DNA from: Bacteroidia bacterium
GTDB lineage: Bacteria; Bacteroidota; Bacteroidia; M30B66
Reading direction: 5' to 3'
Assembly (NCBI GenBank): GCA_965279035.1
Contig: OZ257142.1
Coordinates: 2,336,001-2,400,000 of the forward strand
Length of the DNA: 64,000 nucleotides
Shown here piece by piece: positions 18,592 to 29,237 of this stretch. Both the position numbers and the translations under genes were made by a program. Position 1 is the stretch's first letter. Each line of letters opens with the position of its first letter. Below the pieces are notes generated by a model that saw nothing but the letters and a program-made list of their open reading frames with translations, had not been told where the DNA came from and made no database searches.

Positions 18592-19372
18592 TAAGTTGAT
18601 ACTTGATGTGCCGCATCCATGTTCGGAAACTTGGGACGAAATGCAAGCTATTGATACCGGAAAGTATTGTAAGACTTGCGCTAAGTGTGTGACCGATTTT
18701 GCAGGTTTTACAGATCAAGAGTTAATTCGTTATTTCAGCACTATTTCTGGTGAAACCTGTGGTCGATTTAGAGTTGAACAATTGAATCGTACGATTGTGC
18801 CAGCTCATGTAAAACGGAATAGCATTCATCCTAGCGGTCTTTGGCTTGCTGGTTTGATGGGCATAAGTGGATTAACTGTGAATGCTCAGAAAAGTGATCT
18901 AAGTTCAAAACAGGAATCCTGTGCTCAAGTGAAACCGATTCAAGTGTTGGAAGGAATGGGCGTGTATCCCTTTAAAGAAGATCATTTTCACGGACAAGCA
19001 ATTGGAATCAATCAGAAGATTTTACCTGGAGCAGTGATTTCGTATGTGGAAGGCCGGATTGCCAAGGGATTGATTGCAGATTCTTTGGGTCGATTTACTA
19101 TTCATCGTGGAGAGTTGAACGATTCTGTTATTACGCTAACGGTGATGGTGAACGAAGATGGGTTGAAGCATATTAGCATGGTGGAGGAAATGAAAACGAT
19201 TGAAATTATTTTCAATCAAAGTGCTTGGGATAATGGAGAATATGTGGTAGGAAGATTACCCTATCACAGGGATGAAGTCGCATTGAAAATAGAACGAAAG
19301 CGCGGATTCAAACGATTTTTTTATATCCTGTTTCATTTTCGTAAATGGTTGAAATGGAAACGCAGATTCTGA
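18581..19372 (+). CDS. Paralog of the upstream gene (same four-Cys N-domain, diverged C-terminus)
   Basis: VPHPC.ETW..M......KYCKTC.KCV.DF...CGR, TM segment ending VNAQ, LPGA...ADSLGRF, basic C-terminus. Confidence 0.7.
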   Translation: MKSNKLILDVPHPCSETWDEMQAIDTGKYCKTCAKCVTDFAGFTDQELIRYFSTISGETCGRFRVEQLNRTIVPAHVKRNSIHPSGLWLAGLMGISGLTVNAQKSDLSSKQESCAQVKPIQVLEGMGVYPFKEDHFHGQAIGINQKILPGAVISYVEGRIAKGLIADSLGRFTIHRGELNDSVITLTVMVNEDGLKHISMVEEMKTIEIIFNQSAWDNGEYVVGRLPYHRDEVALKIERKRGFKRFFYILFHFRKWLKWKRRF

Positions 19373-19426
19373 ATTACGTTTTCATGAAGATGCTTAATTT
19401 ATTATATAAGTAGATTTTTAGAAGAA

Positions 19427-19518
19427 GCGGTAAGGATTGAATGGATAGCCCGGAGACTAAGCCGTAGCTTATGCGAAGGCTTAAAGCGAGGACTAGGAAT
19501 GAAAGCCTGCCCGACCGC
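19427..19518 (+). ncRNA. Candidate structured intergenic RNA or repeat element (Flavo-1-like)
   Basis: GC-rich island with nested pairings GCGGT/ACCGC, AGG/CCT, TAAGCC/GGCTTA and an inner GTA-GC-ttat-GC-GAA. GGATTG...GAAAGCC ends recall the Bacteroidota Flavo-1 motif. Confidence 0.45.
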
Positions 19519-19624
19519 CCTAAAACAAATAAACAATATTGTTTGTTTTTTACTGAAAAATTGAAAAGGTGGAACTTGGCTATGCGCCCGATTTCATGTA
19601 GGTTTGGGCTTTGATCCTATACGC

Positions 19625-20371
19625 ATGAAATTACTTCAAGACAAAGTGGCCATTATTACTGGAGCCACCCGCGGAATTGGTCGCGGTATCGCTTTAAAAT
19701 TTGCTGAACATGGCGCCAACGTGGCTTTTACATACATGTCGAGTGCTCAAAAAGCTTTAGAACTCGAAGAGGAATTAAAAGCCCTTGGAGTAAAAGCGAA
19801 AGGCTATCATTCGGATGCAGCTGAATTTGCGGCTGCAGAAGCTTTAGTGAATGATGTTGTAGCTGAATTTGGCACGCTTCACATTGTGGTTAATAATGCT
19901 GGAATTACTAAAGATGGTTTGCTCATGCGTATGAGTGAAGAACAATTCGATTCTGTAATTCATACTAATTTGAAGTCGGTTTTTAATCTTACTAAAGCGG
20001 CTATCAAACCGATGTTGAAGAATCGCTATGGCGCTTTTGTGAATATGAGTTCGGTTGTAGGTGGAAGTGGAAATGCTGGACAAGCCAACTACGCCGCATC
20101 GAAAGCTGGTATTGAAGGATTTACTAAATCGGTTGCTCAGGAATTAGGGTCAAGAAATATTCGCAGCAACGCCATTGCTCCCGGATTTATCGAAACCGAA
20201 ATGACTGCAGAATTGAGCGATGATGTAAAAGGAAAATGGATAGAAGGAATTCCAATGAAACGTGGCGGTACACCAGAAGATGTGGCGAACGCTACAGTTT
20301 TTTTAGCTTCTGATATGGCGGCGTATGTCAATGGACAAGTTTTAAACGTTTGTGGTGGAATGCGCACCTAA
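19625..20371 (+). CDS. fabG: 3-oxoacyl-ACP reductase
   Basis: TGATRGIG, VNNAGIT, GNAGQANYAASK. ATG at 19625 with promoter box TAGGTTTG at 19599-19606. Confidence 0.93.
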   Translation: MKLLQDKVAIITGATRGIGRGIALKFAEHGANVAFTYMSSAQKALELEEELKALGVKAKGYHSDAAEFAAAEALVNDVVAEFGTLHIVVNNAGITKDGLLMRMSEEQFDSVIHTNLKSVFNLTKAAIKPMLKNRYGAFVNMSSVVGGSGNAGQANYAASKAGIEGFTKSVAQELGSRNIRSNAIAPGFIETEMTAELSDDVKGKWIEGIPMKRGGTPEDVANATVFLASDMAAYVNGQVLNVCGGMRT

Positions 20372-20403
20372 GTGTTGCATAATTTAATTAACCAGATTTT
20401 CTC

Positions 20404-22494
20404 TTGAGCCTCGAATTTGTTTTTCAGTATCCTGCTTGGTTTTTGGTTTTTTGCCTGATACTCGGGTTTGTTTATGCCTGGATTTTATATCGCAAAAGTT
20501 CCGAATTAAAGGAAGCAAAGCCTTGGTTAATAAAACTCTTGTTTGGATTACGCTTTACGGCGGTTAGTATCCTTGCGTTTTTACTTCTTTCTCCATTGAT
20601 TAAATTAATCACGAGAGAGAGTGAAAAACCCGTTATTATTTTATTGCAAGACAATACCGAATCCATTGTTCAAGTAAAGGATTCGGCGTTTTACCGAAAA
20701 GAGTATCCGGGTTTAATTTCTGAGTTTCAAAACAAACTGGAAGAGTCATATGAATTCAAATCCTACAGTTTTGATCATGAACTCAATGATTCATTTCGAA
20801 TCGATTTTAAAGGGAAAGAGACCGATATCGCAGAGGCTTATAAAACCATTACGAATCTGTATTTGAATCGAAATGTTGGGGCAATCATTTTAGCTTCCGA
20901 TGGAATTTACAATAAAGGTTCAAATCCACTTTATTCTATAAACGAACTCAAAGCACCAATTTATACCGTTGCTATGGGCGATACTACCTTGCAACGCGAT
21001 TTATTTATTGGTAGAATCAATCACAATCAACTCGCTTATCTCAACAATACCTTTCCGGTTGAAGTGGTTGTGAATGCAAACAAACTTTCTGGCAAAACCG
21101 CTACAATCAAGGTGGAGCGAGAAGGCGTTGTGCTTGCAACACAGGCCATTCAAATACAAGGTTCCACCTATACACAAACATTTCCGTTTCAGCTCAAAGC
21201 CGATAAGTCGGGTGTTCAACGTTACCGTGTTTCCTTAAGTGCCATTGATGGCGAATACACTTTAGCAAATAATTCGCGTGATTTCTTTATTGAAGTCATC
21301 GACAGCCGTCAGAAAATTCTCATTTTGGCTGATGCTCCTCATCCGGATATTGCAGCCATTCGTCAAAGTTTGCAATCGAATGAGAATTACGAAGTAGAGG
21401 TGAAGTTGGCAAGTGAATTTACAGGTTCTGTAAAACAATACAGTTTAGTGATAATGCATCAATTGCCGAGCATGAGTAATATGGCTCAACGCATTACACA
21501 AGAATTGCAAGCGGCTTCTATTCCTACTTGGTTTATTGCAGGAAGCGCGAGTTTAACCGGTGCATTAAATGCGGTTCAACCTCACGTTCAATTAAATGGA
21601 GCAAAAGGGACAGTAAATGAAGCAATGCCTCGTTTGAACAAAGATTTTGCTCTCTTTACTTTAAGTGACGATTTCAAAAAATCACTTATCGATTTTGAGC
21701 CTTTGCAAGTGCCATACGCGAATTATCGTTTACAGGCTTCGGCAGCTGTTTTATTAAAACAGAAAATTGGCTCAGTAGAAACTGACTATCCCTTGTTTGT
21801 TTTTTCGGCCGATTCGGATCGCAAAATGGGGGTGTTATTAGGCGAAGGAATTTGGCGTTGGCGTTTACATGATTATTTGGTGAACGATGATCATGTGCTA
21901 TTTGATGAATTCATTTCCAAAATTGTTCAATACCTCAGTGTTCGCAACGAACGTAGGAATTTCAGAATAGTAACAAAAAACAGCTTTAATGAAAACGAAG
22001 CCGTTACGTTCGAAGCCGAAGTGTACAATGCTTCATACGAATTGATTAATCAACCTGATGTTTTGCTGAATGTATTCGATAATTCAAATCGGAAATATGC
22101 ATACAGCATGAGCCGCACTTCGAATTCCTATTCATTGAATGCAGGAAACATGCGTGCTGGAGAATATCGCTATGAAGCATCTGTTAACGTTGGTGGTAAA
22201 ATTTATACAGCAAACGGACGATTTGTTGTGAAGCCAGTTTTAGCGGAATTGAGTTCCATCACTGCCGATCATACCTTATTACAAACATTAGCAAGCCGAA
22301 ATGGTGGTGAGCTATATTATCCGCGTGACTTACTAAAATTGGTAGATAAAATTAAAGCGCGAGAAGATGTAAAACCACTTTCTCGAAGTGAAGTTCAACT
22401 CAAAGAAATGATTCAGGTAAAATGGATTTTCTTTTTGATTTTGTTGCTTTTAGGAACTGAATGGTTTCTTAGAAGAAGAAATGGTTCCTATTAA
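20404..22494 (+). CDS. Membrane-anchored VWA-like / Ig-like domain protein
   Basis: N-terminal TMs, ILLQDNTES, TDI, ILASDG (MIDAS-like), C-terminal TM LLLGTEWFLRRR.G. Confidence 0.7.
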   Translation: MSLEFVFQYPAWFLVFCLILGFVYAWILYRKSSELKEAKPWLIKLLFGLRFTAVSILAFLLLSPLIKLITRESEKPVIILLQDNTESIVQVKDSAFYRKEYPGLISEFQNKLEESYEFKSYSFDHELNDSFRIDFKGKETDIAEAYKTITNLYLNRNVGAIILASDGIYNKGSNPLYSINELKAPIYTVAMGDTTLQRDLFIGRINHNQLAYLNNTFPVEVVVNANKLSGKTATIKVEREGVVLATQAIQIQGSTYTQTFPFQLKADKSGVQRYRVSLSAIDGEYTLANNSRDFFIEVIDSRQKILILADAPHPDIAAIRQSLQSNENYEVEVKLASEFTGSVKQYSLVIMHQLPSMSNMAQRITQELQAASIPTWFIAGSASLTGALNAVQPHVQLNGAKGTVNEAMPRLNKDFALFTLSDDFKKSLIDFEPLQVPYANYRLQASAAVLLKQKIGSVETDYPLFVFSADSDRKMGVLLGEGIWRWRLHDYLVNDDHVLFDEFISKIVQYLSVRNERRNFRIVTKNSFNENEAVTFEAEVYNASYELINQPDVLLNVFDNSNRKYAYSMSRTSNSYSLNAGNMRAGEYRYEASVNVGGKIYTANGRFVVKPVLAELSSITADHTLLQTLASRNGGELYYPRDLLKLVDKIKAREDVKPLSRSEVQLKEMIQVKWIFFLILLLLGTEWFLRRRNGSY

Positions 22495-22925
22495 AGTCGA
22501 GAATAATATCTCCGAACATCGATGATAAATGGAGCAGACTGAATGCTCTTTTTTTCTCCTTGACTAAAATATTCTAAGCGTGCTTTAATTAGTGCATCGC
22601 CTCGATAATTTTCTGGTATGTAGAGCAATATTGAATAGTTCAAGGTATCCTTTGATGGGAAATCGAACCATACAGTTTTGATGACCGAACCTTCTTGACT
22701 ACTATTTTCTTCATTATTCACGAATCTCCTCATTTGCCAACCATTGGGTAGTTCAGTGATTAATCGTGCAGGTCCAATAAACTGATTGCGCACAATGACT
22801 GCATTCACAGTAGTACTCAATCCAAAACGTGCTTGTGTTGGTCCGTTTAGGAAAAGGTGTGGTTGAGCAAATCCGCTAGAACTCAACAAGAGAATGGAAG
22901 CAATACTATTGATCACGAAACGCAT
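22491..22925 (-). CDS. Secreted hypothetical protein (beta-sandwich-like)
   Basis: Signal peptide ending GFAQ; overlaps the upstream gene end, so probably co-transcribed. Confidence 0.6.
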   Translation of the reverse strand: MRFVINSIASILLLSSSGFAQPHLFLNGPTQARFGLSTTVNAVIVRNQFIGPARLITELPNGWQMRRFVNNEENSSQEGSVIKTVWFDFPSKDTLNYSILLYIPENYRGDALIKARLEYFSQGEKKSIQSAPFIIDVRRYYSRL

Positions 22926-24264
22926 ACGTCATTGCTTTTTGAAATAGTTCTACCGTAATTCCATTTTTACCTTCAAACAAGTCGTTTGCTGCTTTTTCAA
23001 GTTCGCTGATGCTAATAAATTGATCATTGTTTGAATCAATTTTTTGAAACTCAAGAGGGAATTTCAAAGCTTCATTTTTTACTCGAACTCGCCATTCTGG
23101 ATGAACTTCTAACAAGATATTCCACTGTTTGAGATTTTCTTCGGACATGTATTTTTTAACAGGATAAGGTCTTGAGTTTCGATTAATTTTTCTCAATACT
23201 TGGACAAAATAGCTACTAGAATCAGCATAATGTTCTTTTACCCAGTGTTCATCTCGTTCAACACCATTGTTGTCAACCCAGGTGTATTTGGGCGTTTGAA
23301 GCTGTTGATCAATAAAATCGGGAATTCCATCTTCATCACTATCGGCAGTGCAACCGTTTTTATCGACCGGAAATCCTTTGGGTGTTCCAGCACATCGATC
23401 ATTCATGTCGTTCACTCCATCTCCATCTTCATCGGCATACCATATAGAAGCAAAATCAACGTCTTTATAATGTATTTGTGGATTCACATCCTGTTTGTTT
23501 TTCTTATTACGTGCTGGATTTACATTCAATGTAAATTTCAATCTTCCTGAAATTTGGTTGATATTATCCCATTGAGGATTATCGGTATTGCGATCCAAAT
23601 TATCCGATTGTAGAAAAAAACTTTTCCAACTAAAATCAATGGCAATCCGATGGGTTATTTGTGCCGAAACACCAATTTCTAAAGGAAAACAAATGCTTTT
23701 CTGAGCTATTGCTAATGGAGATTCATACGTGTAATCTCGAAGCAATAAACTGGAATTTGATTGATTAAATGAAGCTTCAGGTAAGTTACGAATAGTGCCA
23801 TCACTCCAATAATGATAGAGTATTCCGTTTTTATCTTTTAAGTCTGTGTAGGAATTAAATGTCATAAAAGAAACGCCAAGCATTGCATACATGTTCAACG
23901 TTTTTCCCTCATTAGGATTAAACAAGGAACGACCTAGTTGAATTCCATAATGCTGAAAAGTAGATTGAAAATTTATTCTATTCAAACTTGATTGTTCATT
24001 CCAAGTAATTTGTCCGGTTGACCCAAACAGATTCGATTTCCAAGCTTGATAGCCAACATGTAAAGAAGCACCATAGCATATATTTCCACTAGAAAATTTA
24101 CTGAACGATTGATCTCCTCGAAATCTTAGAAATCCAGATTCAACAGAAAGTTCAGTTCGAAAGAGTGGATTAATTCCCGACATTCTCACTTGTGACGATA
24201 AGTGTCCAAGGTTCGATATCAGAATTAAAAAAAGTAAAAATAGGCGATGGTGAAAGCTGCTCAT
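22906..24264 (-). CDS. Outer-membrane beta-barrel protein with thrombospondin type 3 Ca-binding repeats and an EF-hand-like motif
   Basis: Signal peptide from ATG 24264, barrel-like N-domain (SDNLD), DEDGDGVNDMNDRC and DSDEDGIPDFID repeats, DSNNDQFISISEL. Confidence 0.65.
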   Translation of the reverse strand: MSSFHHRLFLLFLILISNLGHLSSQVRMSGINPLFRTELSVESGFLRFRGDQSFSKFSSGNICYGASLHVGYQAWKSNLFGSTGQITWNEQSSLNRINFQSTFQHYGIQLGRSLFNPNEGKTLNMYAMLGVSFMTFNSYTDLKDKNGILYHYWSDGTIRNLPEASFNQSNSSLLLRDYTYESPLAIAQKSICFPLEIGVSAQITHRIAIDFSWKSFFLQSDNLDRNTDNPQWDNINQISGRLKFTLNVNPARNKKNKQDVNPQIHYKDVDFASIWYADEDGDGVNDMNDRCAGTPKGFPVDKNGCTADSDEDGIPDFIDQQLQTPKYTWVDNNGVERDEHWVKEHYADSSSYFVQVLRKINRNSRPYPVKKYMSEENLKQWNILLEVHPEWRVRVKNEALKFPLEFQKIDSNNDQFISISELEKAANDLFEGKNGITVELFQKAMTYAFRDQ

Positions 24265-24319
24265 CAATGGCGTAAAATTGCAGAAAATTCTGTTCTGCAA
24301 TGCCTCAATTCCGATAAGA

Positions 24320-24901
24320 ATGAACAGGGACATTCTTTTAATTGATAATTATGATTCGTTTACCTTCAATTTGGTTCACCTCATTGAAGCTATTTATGGT
24401 ATTCGTCCTAGGGTTTTACGTGTAGATGATGTAAAAGAAGAAGATATTTTAAACTCCATAGCTGTTGTTATTTCTCCTGGCCCAGGTTTGCCAAATGAAA
24501 TGGGACCATTAATGAAATGGGTAAAATTGTCTGTTGAAAATAAAGCTGTATTAGGTGTTTGTTTGGGACATCAAGCCATTGCTCAATTTTATGGAGCCAG
24601 CTTAAAACAATTGAATGAGGTATTTCATGGTATTTCAAGATCAGGATATGTAGTTCAAAAATTTCCTATGTATCAATCTATATCCGAAACTTTTGAAGCA
24701 GGCAGCTACCATTCTTGGACTGTGAATCCAATCGATTTCCCTGATTGTTTGCAAATAACGGCAATTGATCAAGCGAATGAAATCCTCTCTTACATTCATC
24801 TTTCAAAACCTATTTGGGGAGTTCAATATCACCCTGAATCGATTCTAACTCCTTGCGGAAAACAATTGATGGAAAATTGGATTTCTAGCTGGAATAGCTA
24901 A
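24320..24901 (+). CDS. trpG: Anthranilate/aminodeoxychorismate synthase component II (class I glutamine amidotransferase)
   Basis: LLIDNYDSFTFNL, SPGPG, GVCLGHQ, YHS, GVQYHPES. TrpG and PabA cannot be distinguished from sequence alone. Confidence 0.85.
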   Translation: MNRDILLIDNYDSFTFNLVHLIEAIYGIRPRVLRVDDVKEEDILNSIAVVISPGPGLPNEMGPLMKWVKLSVENKAVLGVCLGHQAIAQFYGASLKQLNEVFHGISRSGYVVQKFPMYQSISETFEAGSYHSWTVNPIDFPDCLQITAIDQANEILSYIHLSKPIWGVQYHPESILTPCGKQLMENWISSWNS

Positions 24902-25020
24902 TTATCAAGTTTGTTCATCAACATTTGAGTGTTCGTAATCAGGTCGATTTTAGAAGTTTAAAAGATGAATAGTTAGGATTAAGAACTTATTTTCGTCTGA
25001 TAAATCTTACCTTAAGAGAC

Positions 25021-27543
25021 ATGCGCATTCACTTTTTCGGATTGTTACGATTCATCATTGTGCTATTGATATCAACCGTAACCATTCAATTATCAGCACA
25101 AGTCAGCAATGTAGAATTTAGAGAGAAGAATTTCCCTGGTAGAGAAGCTGATTTTAATAAAGCATACGAAGCCTATAAAAGTGGAGATTATTATTTTCTA
25201 AGAGGTCCGGTTTATTTTCCTCAAGCTTTATCCGATTACTTAATTGCTCAAGATTTCAATCCCAATAATGCTGATTTGAATTATCAAATTGGATTATGCT
25301 ATTTGAGTCTTCAAGTAAATCGCTTAAAAGCCTTACCATATTTAGAACGCGCCAAATCCTTGAATGCTGATTTAGGCGTTGAATTCTTGTATTCTCTTGG
25401 TAATGCCTATCATTATAATCTCGATTTTGATCAAGCTATTCGGGTGTATGAAGGGTACATTCAAGCATTGGGTGCAGGAGCTGATAAATCAAAAGTTGCC
25501 AAAGCCAATAAATCCATACAAGAATGTAAAGCTGGAATTGAATTGGTCAAAAAGCCCGTTAGAGTTCGTATCGATAATCTTGGTCCAAATGTAAATTCAC
25601 CCTTTCCTGATTATGCTCCCGTTATTCCAGAAGATGAATCAAAACTCATCTTTACGTCACGTAGAGAAAATACAACTGGAGGAATGGTCGATGGAATTGA
25701 TTCGCTCTATTACGAAGACATATACATTACCTACAAGATCGATGGTGATTGGGCTCCTTCTAAAAATATTGGTTTACCTATCAATAAAGACGATCACGAT
25801 GCCAGCATCAATTTATCATCCGATGGAAAGAAACTCCTAATCTATCGTCCAAATAATGGTGGCGATATTTATGAATCCGAATTCGATGGTATTAAATGGA
25901 CCGAGCCTCGTGCCATGAAGGAAATCAATACGAAAGGATATGAAAATCATGCTACCTATTCGGCCGATGGGAAATACTTATTCTTCATTTCTTTCAAAAC
26001 CGATTCAAGTGGATATGGAGGGAAAGACATTTACATTGCTGATATCGACGAAAATGGTCGAGCCAAAAACATTCGAAATGCAGGTGGATTAATCAATAGT
26101 TCATATGATGAGGACGGTGTTTACTTTCATCCTGATGGGAAAACACTGTATTTTTCTTCCAAAGGATTGAATTCAATGGGTGGTTTTGATGTATTCAAAT
26201 CTACCTGGGAAAACGGACAGTTTAGCGCTCCCGAAAATGTTGGATACCCAATAAATTCTCCCGAAGACGATGTGTTTTTTGTGCTTTCGAAAGATGGGAA
26301 ACGTGCCTATTTCTCTTCATACCGCGAAGAAGGTTTTGGTGATAAAGACATTTATGTAATGAATTTCTTGGAAGACTCCGAATCATTAAGCTCTCTTCAA
26401 TTTGAAATTCGCGATACGCTAACCAATAACCCCATTCTAGCTCACATTACCATTCGTGATGCTGCAACTGGTAAAATCGTTGCCGAAAGAGAAACTGAAA
26501 ATGGAGAAACTATCGCTAATCTTCCTTCAGGTAAAACATACGAAATCACCGTTTCTTCCGATCGATTTAATACCTATACCGAAGTAATTGAAGTTCCTTT
26601 CGAAGCCGGAAGTCAGGTTGTAATGCGTAAAGTGGATATGAATAAATCTCCACAAGCATTTATTTCAGGAATTCTGCTCGATAAATCCTCTCGAATTCCA
26701 GTGAAAGGCGAAGTTGAATTTCTCGATTTAGCCACCATGGAAATTGTGAAATCAACATTCTCCGATAAAAATGGAGAATACAAAATTGATCTTCCGCCCA
26801 ATCATCAGTATGCGATTCATGTGAAAGCAAGTGGATATTCCATGTTTTCTGATACTCTGAAAATTTCTGCCGCATCGGTTGGTACTGATATTCTGAAATC
26901 ATACGACCTCAAACGCCTCGATCGTTCGTTGATGTCAGTACTTAAAGGAAGAATTTATGATGCTGTTACTGGTGAAAATTTAGTTGCAGAAATCATGTTG
27001 AACGAATATGGTGGGCAACCTGTAATCATGTATTACAAACCAGGAACATACGATTGTGTTGTTTTTAATGGAGCCATTCATACCATGGTGGTAAATCTTG
27101 ATGGTTATATGACTTATACCGCTCAAATTCATATTCCCGATACTCAAGAAAAGCTTGAGATAACGCATGATATTGCACTTGTTAGAGCCGAAAAAGGAGC
27201 TAAAATCGTTCTGAATAATATCTTCTTCGATTTTAATAAATCCACTTTACGTCCTGCTTCATTTAAATCGCTCAATACCTTGCTTAGTACCATGAAGCGC
27301 TATCCTTCCATGGCTATTGAAATATCTGGACATACAGATAATATTGGTACCATGGATTATAATCAGCGATTAAGCGAAAGTCGTTCTTTAGTTGTGAAAG
27401 ATTTCTTAGTTCGAAATGGAATTGCTGCTAAACGAATTGCATCGTATGGAAGGTCATTTCGTCAACCCATTGCCAGCAACGATACTTCCGAAGGACGTCA
27501 GTTAAATCGAAGAACTGAAATCAAAATTCTAAAGATGAAGTAA
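25021..27543 (+). CDS. PorE-like OmpA-family protein (TPR, PD40 propeller, carboxypeptidase-regulatory domains, OmpA_C)
   Basis: TPRs, NLGPNVNS..DYAP, FTSRR, GG.DIY repeats, NIFFDF...EISGHTD...LSESR...NRRTE. Confidence 0.88.
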   Translation: MRIHFFGLLRFIIVLLISTVTIQLSAQVSNVEFREKNFPGREADFNKAYEAYKSGDYYFLRGPVYFPQALSDYLIAQDFNPNNADLNYQIGLCYLSLQVNRLKALPYLERAKSLNADLGVEFLYSLGNAYHYNLDFDQAIRVYEGYIQALGAGADKSKVAKANKSIQECKAGIELVKKPVRVRIDNLGPNVNSPFPDYAPVIPEDESKLIFTSRRENTTGGMVDGIDSLYYEDIYITYKIDGDWAPSKNIGLPINKDDHDASINLSSDGKKLLIYRPNNGGDIYESEFDGIKWTEPRAMKEINTKGYENHATYSADGKYLFFISFKTDSSGYGGKDIYIADIDENGRAKNIRNAGGLINSSYDEDGVYFHPDGKTLYFSSKGLNSMGGFDVFKSTWENGQFSAPENVGYPINSPEDDVFFVLSKDGKRAYFSSYREEGFGDKDIYVMNFLEDSESLSSLQFEIRDTLTNNPILAHITIRDAATGKIVAERETENGETIANLPSGKTYEITVSSDRFNTYTEVIEVPFEAGSQVVMRKVDMNKSPQAFISGILLDKSSRIPVKGEVEFLDLATMEIVKSTFSDKNGEYKIDLPPNHQYAIHVKASGYSMFSDTLKISAASVGTDILKSYDLKRLDRSLMSVLKGRIYDAVTGENLVAEIMLNEYGGQPVIMYYKPGTYDCVVFNGAIHTMVVNLDGYMTYTAQIHIPDTQEKLEITHDIALVRAEKGAKIVLNNIFFDFNKSTLRPASFKSLNTLLSTMKRYPSMAIEISGHTDNIGTMDYNQRLSESRSLVVKDFLVRNGIAAKRIASYGRSFRQPIASNDTSEGRQLNRRTEIKILKMK

Positions 27544-27576
27544 GCCCCGCAAGGATTTCCTATTTTTGCGGCCCTT

Positions 27577-29169
27577 ATGAGTACAATCACAGAAGAAATA
27601 GGCAAGCGCCGAACGTTTGCAATTATATCTCACCCCGATGCCGGGAAGACTACACTGACAGAAAAACTGCTCCTTTTTGGTGGGGCAATTCAAACGGCAG
27701 GTGCTGTTAAATCCAATAAAATCAAGAACACTGCTGCATCCGATTTCATGGAAATAGAGAAGCAACGTGGAATTTCAGTAGCCACTTCGGTGATGAATTT
27801 TAAGTACCGCGATGTGCTCATCAACTTGCTCGATACGCCCGGTCACAAGGATTTTGCAGAAGACACATACAGAACACTCACTGCAGTTGATAGCGTTATT
27901 TTGGTTGTTGATTGTGTGAAAGGGGTAGAGGAACAAACCGAAAAACTCATGGAAGTGTGTCGTATGCGCGATACTCCTGTGATTGTGTTCATCAATAAAA
28001 TGGATCGCGAAGGACAAAATCCCTTTGATCTTCTCGATGAATTAGAATCGAAACTGAACATCAAAGTTCGTCCCTTGAGTTGGCCAATCAGCATTGGTGC
28101 TACATTTAAAGGTGTTTACAATATTTTCGACGGAAGTTTAAATCTCTTCAATGCCAATAAAACCAAGATTGAAGAAGATATTCTCACCATACAAAGCTTA
28201 AACGATCCTTTACTGGAAGAAATAGTTGGGAAAAAAGATGCAGATCAACTTCGTCAAGATATTGAATTGATTGAAGGTGTTTACGATCCATTCGATCCCA
28301 TTCGTTTTCGTGAAGGACATATTGCACCCGTATTCTTTGGTTCGGCAATCAATAATTTTGGTGTGCGCGAATTGCTCGATACCTTTATTCGATTAGCTCC
28401 TGCTCCTCGCAGCCGTGAAGCTGATACACGCACTGTTGCTCCCGAAGAAGCCAAGTTCAGTGGATTTGTTTTTAAAATTCATGCGAACATTGATCCTCGT
28501 CACCGTGATCGGATTGCTTTCCTAAGAGTATGTTCTGGAAAATTTGAGCGGAATAAATTCTTTCATCATGTACGTCTAAACAAAGACTACAAATTCAGCT
28601 CGCCGGCAACATTCATGGCTCAGGAAAAAAACATCATCGAAGAAGCTTGGCCGGGCGATGTGATTGGTTTATACGATACCGGAAATTTCAAAATTGGTGA
28701 TACACTTACCGAAGGTGAAAATTTCCAATTTCGTGGGATTCCAAGTTTCTCACCTGAGATTTTCAAAGAAGTTGTCAATGCTGATCCTTTAAAATCAAAA
28801 CAGCTCGATAAAGGCGTTCAACAATTAACCGAAGAAGGTGTTGCTCAGTTATTTGTGCAGCACAATGGAAATCGTAAAATTATTGGAACCGTTGGTGAGC
28901 TTCAGTTTGAAGTGATTCAATATCGCTTGAAACATGAATACGGTGCTTCTTGTAATTTCCAGCATCTCAATGTGTACAAAGCATGCTGGGTAACGTATGA
29001 CGATAAAGAGGAATTCGAAAAGTTTGCCCGTTTTCGTGGACATCAATTAGCCATGGATAAAGATGGAAATTATGTGTTTCTAGCAGAATCCTCTTGGATG
29101 TTAAATACCATCATACAAGATTTTCCTAAACTACATTTTCACTTTAATTCGGAATTCAAAACGGCTTAG
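27577..29169 (+). CDS. prfC: Peptide chain release factor 3
   Basis: [34 protein letters not shown]. Promoter box TATTTTTG at 27561-27568. Confidence 0.97.
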   Translation: MSTITEEIGKRRTFAIISHPDAGKTTLTEKLLLFGGAIQTAGAVKSNKIKNTAASDFMEIEKQRGISVATSVMNFKYRDVLINLLDTPGHKDFAEDTYRTLTAVDSVILVVDCVKGVEEQTEKLMEVCRMRDTPVIVFINKMDREGQNPFDLLDELESKLNIKVRPLSWPISIGATFKGVYNIFDGSLNLFNANKTKIEEDILTIQSLNDPLLEEIVGKKDADQLRQDIELIEGVYDPFDPIRFREGHIAPVFFGSAINNFGVRELLDTFIRLAPAPRSREADTRTVAPEEAKFSGFVFKIHANIDPRHRDRIAFLRVCSGKFERNKFFHHVRLNKDYKFSSPATFMAQEKNIIEEAWPGDVIGLYDTGNFKIGDTLTEGENFQFRGIPSFSPEIFKEVVNADPLKSKQLDKGVQQLTEEGVAQLFVQHNGNRKIIGTVGELQFEVIQYRLKHEYGASCNFQHLNVYKACWVTYDDKEEFEKFARFRGHQLAMDKDGNYVFLAESSWMLNTIIQDFPKLHFHFNSEFKTA

Positions 29170-29237
29170 AATTCTTCGTTGATTTCTTGAATTTAAGTTT
29201 TGTGTTTGGACTGAAATAGAATCAATCGATTGTGACA

